Shown: positions 38,181-47,933 of the stretch, piece after piece
Numbering within the stretch: the stretch's first letter is position 1
Layout: each line of letters starts with the position of its first letter
Assembly (NCBI GenBank): GCA_036733285.1
Contig: DAINAU010000002.1
Coordinates: forward strand, 1-59,606
Length of the DNA stretch: 59,606 nt
From: a bacterium
Lineage (GTDB): Bacteria > JAGOBX01
Reading direction: 5' to 3'
Translations under genes and position numbers: made by a program
Notes under the pieces: model-generated
Databases searched by the model: none
What the model saw: only the letters and a program-made list of their open reading frames with translations
Told to the model about the DNA's origin: nothing

Positions 38181-38209
38181 ATTATAGCTTTAAAATTCTC
38201 AATTGTCAA
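38181..38209 (-). promoter_or_regulatory. Consensus sigma70 promoter for nifU-nifS
   Basis: Minus strand: TTGACA (38209-38204), exactly 17 bp, TATAAT (38186-38181), about 65 bp upstream of the nifU ATG. Confidence 0.85.
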
Positions 38210-38405
38210 GAAATATCATTAAAAAATAAAAAAAAAAGTTGTTATAATTTATTTGTTAATATATAATTTTATAAATTTTTTTAAAATATTTTTCTTCTAT
38301 TCTATTTTTATAACTATTTTTTTAAAATTCTTATTAAAAAATGAACGAAGATTTTTATTTTAAAATCATATCTTTTTTATTTTTTTTTGTTTAAAATTGA
38401 ATATA

Positions 38406-41400
38406 ATGATTGAATATAAAAATCGCGTTTATTTTTTTGTATTGTTGTTTTTTTTAATCGAGTGGATTAATCCTTATAATTTCTACGCCGAACCCGCCGA
38501 CAAACAAAAAGAAGAAATTTACAATCTCGCTTCTCAAATCATTGGAATTATCGATAATAAAATTTCCGCAGTCTCAGAATCGGATAAAAAAAAACTGGCT
38601 GAATTATTAATCGAGCAATCGGAATATTTTCTTTTAAAAATGCAAACTACTGAAAACACCGATTCTGATTTGGCTTTGAAAGATAAAGAATCTTATATAA
38701 ATTTATTAAAAAAAACCGAACAAATCTACAATTTCATTGATTACCAGCCCGGAATATTTTTATGTAAAAGCAGATTATTGAAATTTGAAATATCAGGAAT
38801 TGAACCGTTATCCGATTATGAATCCTCGAAAAAAAATCTTATCGGCAAAATATCGTCTTATTTAAAAGAATTGCCCGCCGAAGAATCGGCGCAATTTAAA
38901 AGTTCCTCAAATCAAAATCTGGAAATTAAACCCCTTCCATCCGGTTCGGAATCCGTTGCGGAAAGCGTTTCCGCAAAATCCGTTGCGGAAAGCGTTTCCG
39001 CAAAATCCGTTGCGGAAAGCGTTTCCGCAAAATCCGTTGCGGCACCTGTAAAAAATGTTAATGATAAATCAATTTTTTCCCAACAAACCGGAATAAATAC
39101 TGATACGCCGCAATCTCAAAGTTCCGGACAATCTCCGGAAACCGGCATTATCTCCAATGTCAGTTCTACTCAAAATGAAACTCATCCGGTTATACCGGTA
39201 AATTCCGTTTCGGGTTCTGCCGAAAATTCAAACGATTTTGATTCTTCAGCCGCAGCCGATTCGCTCCCCAAAAAAATAATCTTATCCGATACTTATCAAA
39301 TACAAGAAATTAAGGAAATCCTCGAACCGTCGGTTTCATCAAGTCTTCAGCCTTTTTTTCATCAACCGGCATTATTGGAACCAAAACTTTCATATTCAAA
39401 CGATATGAAAATATCGCCGGTTCTCCGTCATATTCTTTTCACCGAAAAATTAGAAAAAGAATTTGAAGAAATAAGAAGTCAACGTTTATTAGACCTTACG
39501 GATTTAAAATACGGAAATACAAAATTATCAATCAGCGGACAAAAAACGATTAATTTTTCTTATTCAAACAGAAAATACTCTAAGAATACGGATTCTACCG
39601 AAAATTCATCTGATTTTAAAATCGACCAGACGCTTGAAGTAAAAGTTCGCGGTAAAGTCGGCGACAACGTGGAAGTCAATATTGATTATGACGATCAGCG
39701 TTCTTCATCGAACAGACAGCAATTAAGCATCGATTACAAAAGCGACGAACATATTTTAAATAAACGGACAAACAGTAATATTTTTTCCGGATACGCCGCG
39801 TTCGGGGATATAGTTTTATCGTTGCCGAGCACGGAATTCGTTTCATACCGCAGAAGTTTATTTGGAATTAACGGCGGAATAAAAATCAGAAATCTTAATT
39901 ATTCCATACTTAAAGCGGACCAGATAACGCTTGACATTATCGCTTCACGCACAAAAGGCGAACCCGGTCACAAAGAATTTACCGGAAATAACAGTTCGCA
40001 GATTATCAATACGGTATTTGACGTTAATTACGTAAAAAACAAATATTTTAAAGTTCATACCGGCGTTGGACTCGATACCGATATCGACGTAACGTCTTTG
40101 TCGGTATATATAGACGATAAAAATCCCACTAATGACCAATCGAATATAGATACTTTCGCTATTGAAGTGAATCCAAACGATCATACAAAATACAATATTT
40201 CAATGAACGGAGATACTTACAGAATCTATTCGTTCACTCAGCTTACAGCCGTAAAGGATTACACTTACGACAAAACAAAAGGAATTCTCACATTAAATTC
40301 TTATATAACCGACAATTACGCAATCGCCGTAACTTACACTACATATAAAGGATATGCCACGCCCCATAAAAAACTTATAAAAAAGGATAAAGATTCTCAA
40401 AATTCGGATACTTATTCAATTTATAACATTAAAAACAGATACAGTTTCGGAGTAAGCAACATCAATAAAAACGACCCTGATTTCATTTTTAAAATCCAGG
40501 ATAAAAACAATAATTATATGTCCGATTATTACGCCAATGCGGCTGATTCAAGTTCGGCGATTTCTTTCTTGAAAATTTTCGGACTCGATAAAACAGGTCC
40601 TGGTCCGGATGGTTTATACGGAACATCCGACGACAGACCGGACGGAAAAATAGACGATGATTTTATTGATTACGAAGACGGCTGGGTTGAATTCCCCGAT
40701 CCGCAACCTTTTAACGGCTCAGGCTCGGCTCAATACGGTTTATCAAATCCTTTAATTTACACGGACGATAATCCTACGAGCAGATTTAGATTTTATCTTG
40801 AATTAAAAGCTCAAAGTCAGCAGTTTTTTCTTAACGCTTTTGACCTCGTTAGAAACAGCGAGATAGTGAAAGTCGACGGAAGAACTCTTACGAGAAACGT
40901 TGATTACTATATTGATTATGAAAGCGGTTTATTGATTTTTCTTGACCCGTCCTTATTAACAAAAAACAGCAAGGTTGTAGTCGATTACGAAAGAGTTCCG
41001 TTTGGATCGTCGGCAAATAAAACGCTGGTCGGAACAAGATTTGAAGCCATTGTGAACCCGAATTTTAAAGCCGGAACAACAATGATTTTTAACACCAACG
41101 ATAAATCTTCTGAAATTCCGACAATTGACGCCGCGCCCCAGAGCACATCGGTAAAAGATTTTGATATGGAAATGCGCCCTGCAAACTTATTCGTCAATAT
41201 ATTAAATAAATTTTTAAAAAACGATATTAAAGAGCCGCCGTCGTCATGGTTTGACATTAAACTTATTACAGAAGTCGCAAGAAGCGAATTCGACCCCAAT
41301 ATTTTCGGCAAGGCTATGATAGACGATATGGAATCTTCCAAAGACGCCATTGATATCAATATGAATTATAAATCATGGATGCTTACCCATTTAACGGAAT

Positions 41401-44400
41401 CCCAACCCGGCTGGAAAAATCTGCCGGTTTCAAAAAAAGGGTGGGTGACTTTTGACGAGACCTCGCTTGACAACAATATCGGACATAAAGCGGTTCTGGA
41501 AGACAATGAAGACAATCAAAAATCTATGATTATTTCATATGATTTAACCAACGATTCCGCCGGAGTTTTAAATTATGACACATGGTTTGCAATTAGAACG
41601 CTCGTATCAAAAGACGGCGTAGACATATCAAAGAAAAAATATCTTGAATTCTGGATTCAAGGAGCCGACAGTTTTAATATAAGTCTTGATTTAGGAAGAA
41701 TTAATGAAGACGCCGACGGCGACGGAGTGTTGGACCAGGAAGACGGTTTATATGTTAACGGAATCCCGACTGAAAAAAATTCATTGAACGGAGTTTTAAA
41801 CAAATCTCCCAACGAAGACGTGGGTTTATCATACGAATGCGGCGGCAAAATTAAAAATACCGGCAAAGGCAACGGAAGATTGGATTCGGAAGATATGAAC
41901 GGAGACGGCGAACTTGATCAGATAGAATCTTTTTACAGAATAACCGATATTGACACGTTTCAAGGCGAAGGAAAAATAATAAACGGAATCCCTTACAAAT
42001 TTTATAGAATAACTCTTGGAGATTTATATCAAAACTCTATGAATTCGCCTAATAATAAAAGCATTAAACACATCAGATTTATTTTCACAAGAAAAGACGG
42101 GGCAACCGCAGCTCCTGCCGGCAATATTTATATGGACTATCTTTCCATAGTCGGAAGTTTATGGCTCGACGGAGATACGGATAATTTTAAAGCCGGAAGC
42201 AAAAACAATATCGACGACAACGATTACGCTTCTTTCAACGAAGAAATGTCTTTAAGAAAAGTCGAAGACGAAGACGAAGGAGCCGTAAAAGAAAGCGCGT
42301 TATTCTTGAAATACGATAAAATCGGTTATTACGATTACAGTTCGCCTTCATACAAATATTACGCGGAACGAGATTTCGGAAGATCTATAAGCGTGGCAAA
42401 ATATGAAAAATTGATTTTTTACGTCCGCAGTTCGGAAAATAACGGAGAAACAGCGTTTATCAGACTTGGAGACCAAAACAATTATTACGAATATAAATTT
42501 AAAATTCCCGAAGTATCTTCAGACATAACAAAATGGGAGAAAATTGAAATTCCATTAATGGCGTTCAGAACTATTGTCAATTCCATTAACGACAGCTCTG
42601 TGAATCCTCCTTATATTATTGATTCCGGCCCTTACCGGGTTTGCGCTCAAACCTCGCTTGTTTCATTATATAACATCAGAACAATAAAATTCGGAGTTAT
42701 AGGCGACACGAATTTATCCACAGGAAATTTGTTTATTAATACGCTCTATGTGGAAGGAGCGATTAAAGAAACGGGAATTGCCAGAAAAACTCAGTGGCAA
42801 ACCAAATTTTACAAGGACATTTTTATTTTCAACGCAAGGGAAGATTACAGAGAAAACACTTTCCGCAGCGTCGATGAGATTTCTTCTTCCGTATCGCAAT
42901 CATTCGTTCCGGAAAAAAGCTCGAAAAAAAGTTACGACGGCAGCGTGGCAATCGGCAGACTGCTTCCTTCAAAATGGGGAATAACTCTGCCGGTAAGCGG
43001 AACTTATACAAAAAGCGACGTTGTGGTTGAACCGGACGTAGTTCAGGACGTCGAGCGGAGTAAGATAGGGACTACCGGATCTAAAACGCAAACGTTTTCA
43101 ACGTCTTTTTCAAAAGACAAATTTCCGTTGCTGAAACTTGATTATGAAAATTCGGAAACAGATAAAGATTTAACCGAATCAAAATACAAATTTCTATCGA
43201 AAAAATTAAATTCTTCGGCAAGTTATTCAATTAATTTCAACAAACATATTTTCGGAGAATTGGCTTTAATAAAAAAAATACCACTGCTTAATAAAATCCC
43301 TTCCGGAAAAGAATTACGCGTCGATATGAACTACCAGTATAATTACACTATCGACGATAAAGATTATATTCTCGGAACCGAAGCTTCCGCATACGACAAA
43401 TATGTTACGCATTACAAGAAAATGGGAATAACTTCCAAACCGGCAAACTGGATTAGACTTCAGCCGAATATTTCGATAACCGACAAATATCATACCACTA
43501 TGCAGGTAGACGGACTTGAAAACAATATAGTTCAAACCTCCATAAACATAGATATAATCAAAGTATTGGGAATAAAACCGGTATTCGATTTCAGCCGCAG
43601 CAAAGATTCAAGATACGATATTTCAAGACCTGATTCCGACCCGATTGAAAATCTCGATTACGGCGCCGGAGTAAAACTCGATATATATCCGGTTGACTGG
43701 TGGAAACGCCTGAAATTTTTAGACGGCAGGTTTAATCTCAGCGGAAAATATGTGGAAACCTTAAACGCAAATCAAGCCGTTAAAGATAAAAATTCAGATA
43801 TAAACGCTTCATTATCATTGGACGTAAATATCAGACCCAACGAATTATGGAAAAGACTTAAATTCCTGACCGTTCATTATTCATACGGCAATAACGTATC
43901 CGCGACATATTCAAAATTGGGAACCGATAAGGATTTCAATTCGATTTATACGGATTATTTTTCAAAATACATCTGGCCCTGGTTAAGCAAGGATAGAATA
44001 CCTATAAACGAGGGCGACACTTCAATAATAGATAAACGTAGCGCGGCGAACAATTCTCAATCGCACACCATAAACGGACAATTTAATTTCTGGGATCCTT
44101 TAAGCTTGAGATATGCTTATTCCACAAAAAATTCTATTACGCAAAGTCAGTCTTCGGAGAGTTTTAGCAAATCGTTAAGCGCTCAGATAAATTCGCGGCT
44201 TGATTTGATTAAAAGCCTTAAACTTATGAAAAAAACAAAAAAATCAAGTTTAAACATCGATTATAAATATTCAAAAGACGATTCCGGCGATTACAAAATG
44301 AATTTAACCGAATCGCTTAATCACGACAGAAACATAGGTCTTGAAATATTATGGACTGATAAATTCAACACTGTTTTCAATATGGGACTTCCGTTCAGCA

Positions 44401-44786
44401 AAAAAAATTCAGTTTCCGAAAGCGGACTTACGATTGAAAAAACGAATTCCTACACTCCTAAGATCACGTGGAATTATTATACCGCGTCGCCTTTCAAATT
44501 GTTAAAACCATTCACAAATAAAAAATGGATTTTCGACAATAAACTAAATCTTAACGGAACAATCAATTATAATCTGCAAAAAACCTCGATTCAACGAACC
44601 GACAATACCAATTATAATTCTGCGAATCTTGTCGAATTCGGTTTTACCGTAGGCGCTCAATACGATATGAGCGATTTTTTCAGAATGAGCGCGGATTTGC
44701 GTTTGAACAAGCATCAAAATAAAATTACCGAAGGCGACGATTACATAGAATACGGCATTAACACTAAAATTATTATTATTTTCTGA
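38406..44786 (+). CDS. sprA: SprA/Sov-like very large outer-membrane protein (T9SS translocon homolog)
   Basis: Signal peptide; SprA-like motifs IDQTLEVKVRGKVGDNVEVNIDYDDQ, SEIVKVDGRTLTRNVDYYIDYESG, KTLVGTRFE, EVARSEFDPN..G.AMIDDME, DLGRINED.DGDG.LD.ED, LDSEDMNGDG; beta-strand-rich C-terminal ~600 aa ending in Phe. The ORF track starts at TTG 38397. Confidence 0.8.
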   Translation: MIEYKNRVYFFVLLFFLIEWINPYNFYAEPADKQKEEIYNLASQIIGIIDNKISAVSESDKKKLAELLIEQSEYFLLKMQTTENTDSDLALKDKESYINLLKKTEQIYNFIDYQPGIFLCKSRLLKFEISGIEPLSDYESSKKNLIGKISSYLKELPAEESAQFKSSSNQNLEIKPLPSGSESVAESVSAKSVAESVSAKSVAESVSAKSVAAPVKNVNDKSIFSQQTGINTDTPQSQSSGQSPETGIISNVSSTQNETHPVIPVNSVSGSAENSNDFDSSAAADSLPKKIILSDTYQIQEIKEILEPSVSSSLQPFFHQPALLEPKLSYSNDMKISPVLRHILFTEKLEKEFEEIRSQRLLDLTDLKYGNTKLSISGQKTINFSYSNRKYSKNTDSTENSSDFKIDQTLEVKVRGKVGDNVEVNIDYDDQRSSSNRQQLSIDYKSDEHILNKRTNSNIFSGYAAFGDIVLSLPSTEFVSYRRSLFGINGGIKIRNLNYSILKADQITLDIIASRTKGEPGHKEFTGNNSSQIINTVFDVNYVKNKYFKVHTGVGLDTDIDVTSLSVYIDDKNPTNDQSNIDTFAIEVNPNDHTKYNISMNGDTYRIYSFTQLTAVKDYTYDKTKGILTLNSYITDNYAIAVTYTTYKGYATPHKKLIKKDKDSQNSDTYSIYNIKNRYSFGVSNINKNDPDFIFKIQDKNNNYMSDYYANAADSSSAISFLKIFGLDKTGPGPDGLYGTSDDRPDGKIDDDFIDYEDGWVEFPDPQPFNGSGSAQYGLSNPLIYTDDNPTSRFRFYLELKAQSQQFFLNAFDLVRNSEIVKVDGRTLTRNVDYYIDYESGLLIFLDPSLLTKNSKVVVDYERVPFGSSANKTLVGTRFEAIVNPNFKAGTTMIFNTNDKSSEIPTIDAAPQSTSVKDFDMEMRPANLFVNILNKFLKNDIKEPPSSWFDIKLITEVARSEFDPNIFGKAMIDDMESSKDAIDINMNYKSWMLTHLTESQPGWKNLPVSKKGWVTFDETSLDNNIGHKAVLEDNEDNQKSMIISYDLTNDSAGVLNYDTWFAIRTLVSKDGVDISKKKYLEFWIQGADSFNISLDLGRINEDADGDGVLDQEDGLYVNGIPTEKNSLNGVLNKSPNEDVGLSYECGGKIKNTGKGNGRLDSEDMNGDGELDQIESFYRITDIDTFQGEGKIINGIPYKFYRITLGDLYQNSMNSPNNKSIKHIRFIFTRKDGATAAPAGNIYMDYLSIVGSLWLDGDTDNFKAGSKNNIDDNDYASFNEEMSLRKVEDEDEGAVKESALFLKYDKIGYYDYSSPSYKYYAERDFGRSISVAKYEKLIFYVRSSENNGETAFIRLGDQNNYYEYKFKIPEVSSDITKWEKIEIPLMAFRTIVNSINDSSVNPPYIIDSGPYRVCAQTSLVSLYNIRTIKFGVIGDTNLSTGNLFINTLYVEGAIKETGIARKTQWQTKFYKDIFIFNAREDYRENTFRSVDEISSSVSQSFVPEKSSKKSYDGSVAIGRLLPSKWGITLPVSGTYTKSDVVVEPDVVQDVERSKIGTTGSKTQTFSTSFSKDKFPLLKLDYENSETDKDLTESKYKFLSKKLNSSASYSINFNKHIFGELALIKKIPLLNKIPSGKELRVDMNYQYNYTIDDKDYILGTEASAYDKYVTHYKKMGITSKPANWIRLQPNISITDKYHTTMQVDGLENNIVQTSINIDIIKVLGIKPVFDFSRSKDSRYDISRPDSDPIENLDYGAGVKLDIYPVDWWKRLKFLDGRFNLSGKYVETLNANQAVKDKNSDINASLSLDVNIRPNELWKRLKFLTVHYSYGNNVSATYSKLGTDKDFNSIYTDYFSKYIWPWLSKDRIPINEGDTSIIDKRSAANNSQSHTINGQFNFWDPLSLRYAYSTKNSITQSQSSESFSKSLSAQINSRLDLIKSLKLMKKTKKSSLNIDYKYSKDDSGDYKMNLTESLNHDRNIGLEILWTDKFNTVFNMGLPFSKKNSVSESGLTIEKTNSYTPKITWNYYTASPFKLLKPFTNKKWIFDNKLNLNGTINYNLQKTSIQRTDNTNYNSANLVEFGFTVGAQYDMSDFFRMSADLRLNKHQNKITEGDDYIEYGINTKIIIIF
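38950..39042 (+). repeat. In-frame 27-bp tandem repeat (SVAESVSAK x3 plus partial), each unit a perfect hairpin
   Basis: aatccgttgcggaaagcgtttccgcaa at 38950, 38977 and 39004, each containing TTGCGGAAA-GCG-TTTCCGCAA. Confidence 0.95.
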
Positions 44787-44792
44787 TATGGC

Positions 44793-45128
44793 ATGAAAAA
44801 AAAAAGCGTCATTATTATCGCTTCTATATTGTTATTAACGGTTCTTCATTTCATAATTTTAAGCGACAGCGGGCTTGTGCAAAGATACCGCCTCAATAAA
44901 GAAAAAGATAAACTTCAAAATGAAATTGACAATCTTAATATTGAAATTTCAGATTTGAAAACCGATATCATCAATCTTAAATCAAACGATTTTTACGTTG
45001 AAAAATGCGCAAGAGACAATTATAAACTTCTTAAACCCGGAGAAATTATTATTAAAATCGAAGACGGTTCAATGAAAAATAAACGTTCGAATTTAGGCGA
45101 TTCCATTACGGCGTTAAATTCAAAATGA
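44793..45128 (+). CDS. ftsB: Septum formation initiator (FtsB/DivIC)
   Basis: N-terminal TM, SDSGL, coiled coil, YVEKCARDNYKLLKPGEIII. Confidence 0.85.
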   Translation: MKKKSVIIIASILLLTVLHFIILSDSGLVQRYRLNKEKDKLQNEIDNLNIEISDLKTDIINLKSNDFYVEKCARDNYKLLKPGEIIIKIEDGSMKNKRSNLGDSITALNSK

Positions 45129-45850
45129 AAAAAATCCCCGATATTTTAAGAACTATTTTTTTTTACGCTGGAATATTTATTATAACAGTCGCCGTTTGTA
45201 TCGGAATTGTTTTAGCCGCTTTATTAAAAAAAGAAAAGACCGCCCGTATTTTTTTTAAAAAATGGGGAAAATATATTGTTAAATTAACGGGTTCAACCGT
45301 AAGTCTCGAAGGTCTGGAAAATCTCGATTTTTCTTCAAATTATCTTTTTTGCCCGAACCATTCAAGCGCGTTCGATATTTATGCGCTGTCCGGTTATCTG
45401 CCTTTTGATTTCGCGTGGATATCTAAAGAAACATATTTTAAAATACCGCTTTTAGCCGAAGCTATGAGAAATATAAATTGCATAGAAATGAACCGGACTA
45501 ATCCGAAAAAAGCGTTCGCTTCACTGAAAAAAGCCGCCGATATTATACGGGATAAAAAATTATCTATCGCTATTTTTCCGGAAGGCACGCGTTCTCCCGA
45601 CGGCAAACTGCAGGATTTTAAACGCGGCAGTTTGTATCTCGCGGTCGAAACCGGCTTAAAAATAATTCCGGTTACCATAATAGGAGCTTTTGATATCCTG
45701 CCGAAAAAACGCCTGATTATTTCCAGACAAAACGTAAAAATAATTTTTTCCAAACCTTTGAATCCGCCGGACAAAAATAAAGAAACTCAAAGAAAAACAA
45801 TAGATGAAATAAAAAACATAATCAAAAACAATCTGGAAAATTCAAAATAA
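45125..45850 (+). CDS. plsC: 1-acyl-sn-glycerol-3-phosphate acyltransferase
   Basis: NHSSAFD (HX4D), SKETYFKIP, FPEGTRS, IIPVTIIG. Confidence 0.93.
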   Translation: MKKIPDILRTIFFYAGIFIITVAVCIGIVLAALLKKEKTARIFFKKWGKYIVKLTGSTVSLEGLENLDFSSNYLFCPNHSSAFDIYALSGYLPFDFAWISKETYFKIPLLAEAMRNINCIEMNRTNPKKAFASLKKAADIIRDKKLSIAIFPEGTRSPDGKLQDFKRGSLYLAVETGLKIIPVTIIGAFDILPKKRLIISRQNVKIIFSKPLNPPDKNKETQRKTIDEIKNIIKNNLENSK

Positions 45851-45997
45851 AAGTTACAATTCAAATCTATTCATAAAAATTAGTCGAGTAGAGCGAGATA
45901 GGTTTTAAATTGATAATGTATTAAATGTAAAGTGAAGTAGCGATTTCAATTGGAATTGTTTAACCTTTTCTAAAACATATATACGCTCTTGTATATT

Positions 45998-46047
45998 ATA
46001 TAAAGTCATTCATTGACGTTATATTTAAATGCAACGGCTTATTATAA
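45998..46047. repeat. Dispersed intergenic element, copy 2
   Basis: 46012-46047 is the reverse complement of 13478-13513 with 2 mismatches. atataaagtc (45998-46007) and gacgttatat (46015-46024) form an IR with one mismatch. Confidence 0.85.
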
Positions 46048-46052
46048 AATAA

Positions 46053-47339
46053 TCAATTCATCAAATCATAACCGAGTCTGCAGAAATGGAGGTTTAATTT
46101 GTTTTGCGCAACGGTTATATTTTCTATTTCATATTCTTTCAGAAATCGTTTTTCATCGTTGAATAACGAAATTTTGAAATTATAAACTCCGGGTTTAAGT
46201 TTAAGAAAAAATACGTTGAGTCTGCCTGGGAGCGTGTTCCAAAATCTCGGATCCATCGAGTCTTTTCCTCTTATCAGCCAGCCTATGGGTTTTGCGTCTC
46301 TTGTGGTTTTTCTTCTTATCTCGTCTTTTATTTCGTCTTTAAACAGATTATATGCGGTTTTTGTTATTATATCTTTAATTTTTTGTTCGGGAATATTTGT
46401 GTTAAATGATTTTACAGCGATATTATCGAGGTTTAAAAAAGCGTTTATTCCTGATTTGCTTCTCGGTTCCGGAACCGGAATATACGAAGGAGAAACTTCT
46501 TTAAACAAAATATTTAAAATCTGCTCGTTATCTTCCGAATCGACAGCTTTACTGATTTTATATTGAGTTTTCAATTTATTATATATTTCGAGAGAATACT
46601 GAGAATAATTAATGTCGTTTACGGATTTTGGCAAATCCGCAAATATTATAACCGGTTCAAAAAAATTATAATCCTGAAAAAAATAATAGTCCGAATATTT
46701 TGATAAAACGCTATTGATATTTTTAGCGCTTTCTTCCTCGTATCCGAGACTTTTTAATGTTGAAGCGAGAATATCGTATGCCGGCAAAAACGTGTCGTCA
46801 ATCGAAATGATTTTGCGCATTGAAACCATACCGGTATTATAATCTCTTAAATTTTTTATGGAAATACAGCCAAGCAATAATTCCGAAAATACTGATTGCG
46901 GCTCGTTAATCAGGGATTTTCTCAATTCAATAAGGCATTTTTCCGTATCGTTTAAATAATAAAAACAGACAGCTTTAAAAAAATGCAGATACGCAAGGTC
47001 GAGTTCTTTTAGCTGATAAGGAAGCCGGTCGGAAGCTATTACTGAACTTACTATAAAATTTTTTTCGAAATTTAATTCTTCAGCTTCGGTCAGAATGCGC
47101 AAAGTTTCAGAATAGTTTTTTTCCCAAAACCTCGACGCCGCAAGGTTTAATAAATATAAAGTTTTATTAATTGAAAATTTTGCCGATGCGCCGTCGGAAT
47201 ATTCTTTTGCCGCTTCGGAAAATTTGTTCGAATAAAATAAATTATCGCCTTTTCTTGCAGACTGCATTCCGGCGCAGGAACATAACACTGCGGCAAACGA
47301 AGCAATTACAAAACCGCGGACAATTCTATTTATTACCAT
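46053..47339 (-). CDS. TPR lipoprotein (COG3014-like)
   Basis: Lipobox LCSC after ATG 47339; TPR-like LYLLNLAASRF..KNYSE; D.RFWNTLPGRL near the C-terminus; adjacent to an LpoB-like gene. Confidence 0.72.
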   Translation of the reverse strand: MVINRIVRGFVIASFAAVLCSCAGMQSARKGDNLFYSNKFSEAAKEYSDGASAKFSINKTLYLLNLAASRFWEKNYSETLRILTEAEELNFEKNFIVSSVIASDRLPYQLKELDLAYLHFFKAVCFYYLNDTEKCLIELRKSLINEPQSVFSELLLGCISIKNLRDYNTGMVSMRKIISIDDTFLPAYDILASTLKSLGYEEESAKNINSVLSKYSDYYFFQDYNFFEPVIIFADLPKSVNDINYSQYSLEIYNKLKTQYKISKAVDSEDNEQILNILFKEVSPSYIPVPEPRSKSGINAFLNLDNIAVKSFNTNIPEQKIKDIITKTAYNLFKDEIKDEIRRKTTRDAKPIGWLIRGKDSMDPRFWNTLPGRLNVFFLKLKPGVYNFKISLFNDEKRFLKEYEIENITVAQNKLNLHFCRLGYDLMN

Positions 47340-47914
47340 CTGCTTTTTACTTGCGTTTTTTTGAATTCTGCCTGACCCGACCATAATTCAACGCCAGTAG
47401 TAGTATTGGTTATAGTAATTGATAATCTGAAATATGTCTCCTGTTTTTTCGTGATGGGATTCCAGCCGTCTGACCGCGTTTTATCTATCGAATCAATTCT
47501 TCCATACATCAAATAATCGGCTCCCCAGAATTTGTTTCGCTGTTGAATGTGTTCCGCGGTTCTGTCTATTAAATTTTGTTCTTCTTCAATAACGCTCATT
47601 CGGTCGCGTTCCACAAATACGGCTCCGGATTTTGTTTTTATGGCTTCCTTGATTTTTTCGGAAATTATTTTTGTGTTGAAATGTTCTGACGTCATATTGT
47701 CAATGGAACGTAAGGCGACCGTTTTGCCTTTTATTTCAACGAAATCTTTTGAAATATCGCCTGCGATTTTTGAAGCCATCGTTTCAATATCAACGTTGGT
47801 AACTCCGGTATCCGCGTTAATATCGCTGTCGACGTCGACTCTTTTTGAAGCGCATCCAAACGCTAAAACCAAACAAAAAAATACGGCAAACGAAATTCTA
47901 ATAATTTTAAACAT
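47333..47914 (-). CDS. LpoB-like / CsgG-HfaB-fold lipoprotein
   Basis: Lipobox AFGC; DIETMASKI; IDNMTSEHFNT; FVERDRM; GADYLMYGRI; TGVELWS. Confidence 0.75.
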   Translation of the reverse strand: MFKIIRISFAVFFCLVLAFGCASKRVDVDSDINADTGVTNVDIETMASKIAGDISKDFVEIKGKTVALRSIDNMTSEHFNTKIISEKIKEAIKTKSGAVFVERDRMSVIEEEQNLIDRTAEHIQQRNKFWGADYLMYGRIDSIDKTRSDGWNPITKKQETYFRLSITITNTTTGVELWSGQAEFKKTQVKSRW

Positions 47915-47933
47915 AACCGGAATTCCCCCTTTT

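Noticed and set aside
38341-38405. Phase-variable T9 tract that could fuse a 17-codon upstream ORF to sprA
   Set aside because: A +1 slip would restore the frame, but T/A runs of this length are common throughout this AT-rich window, and sprA already has its own start and signal peptide.
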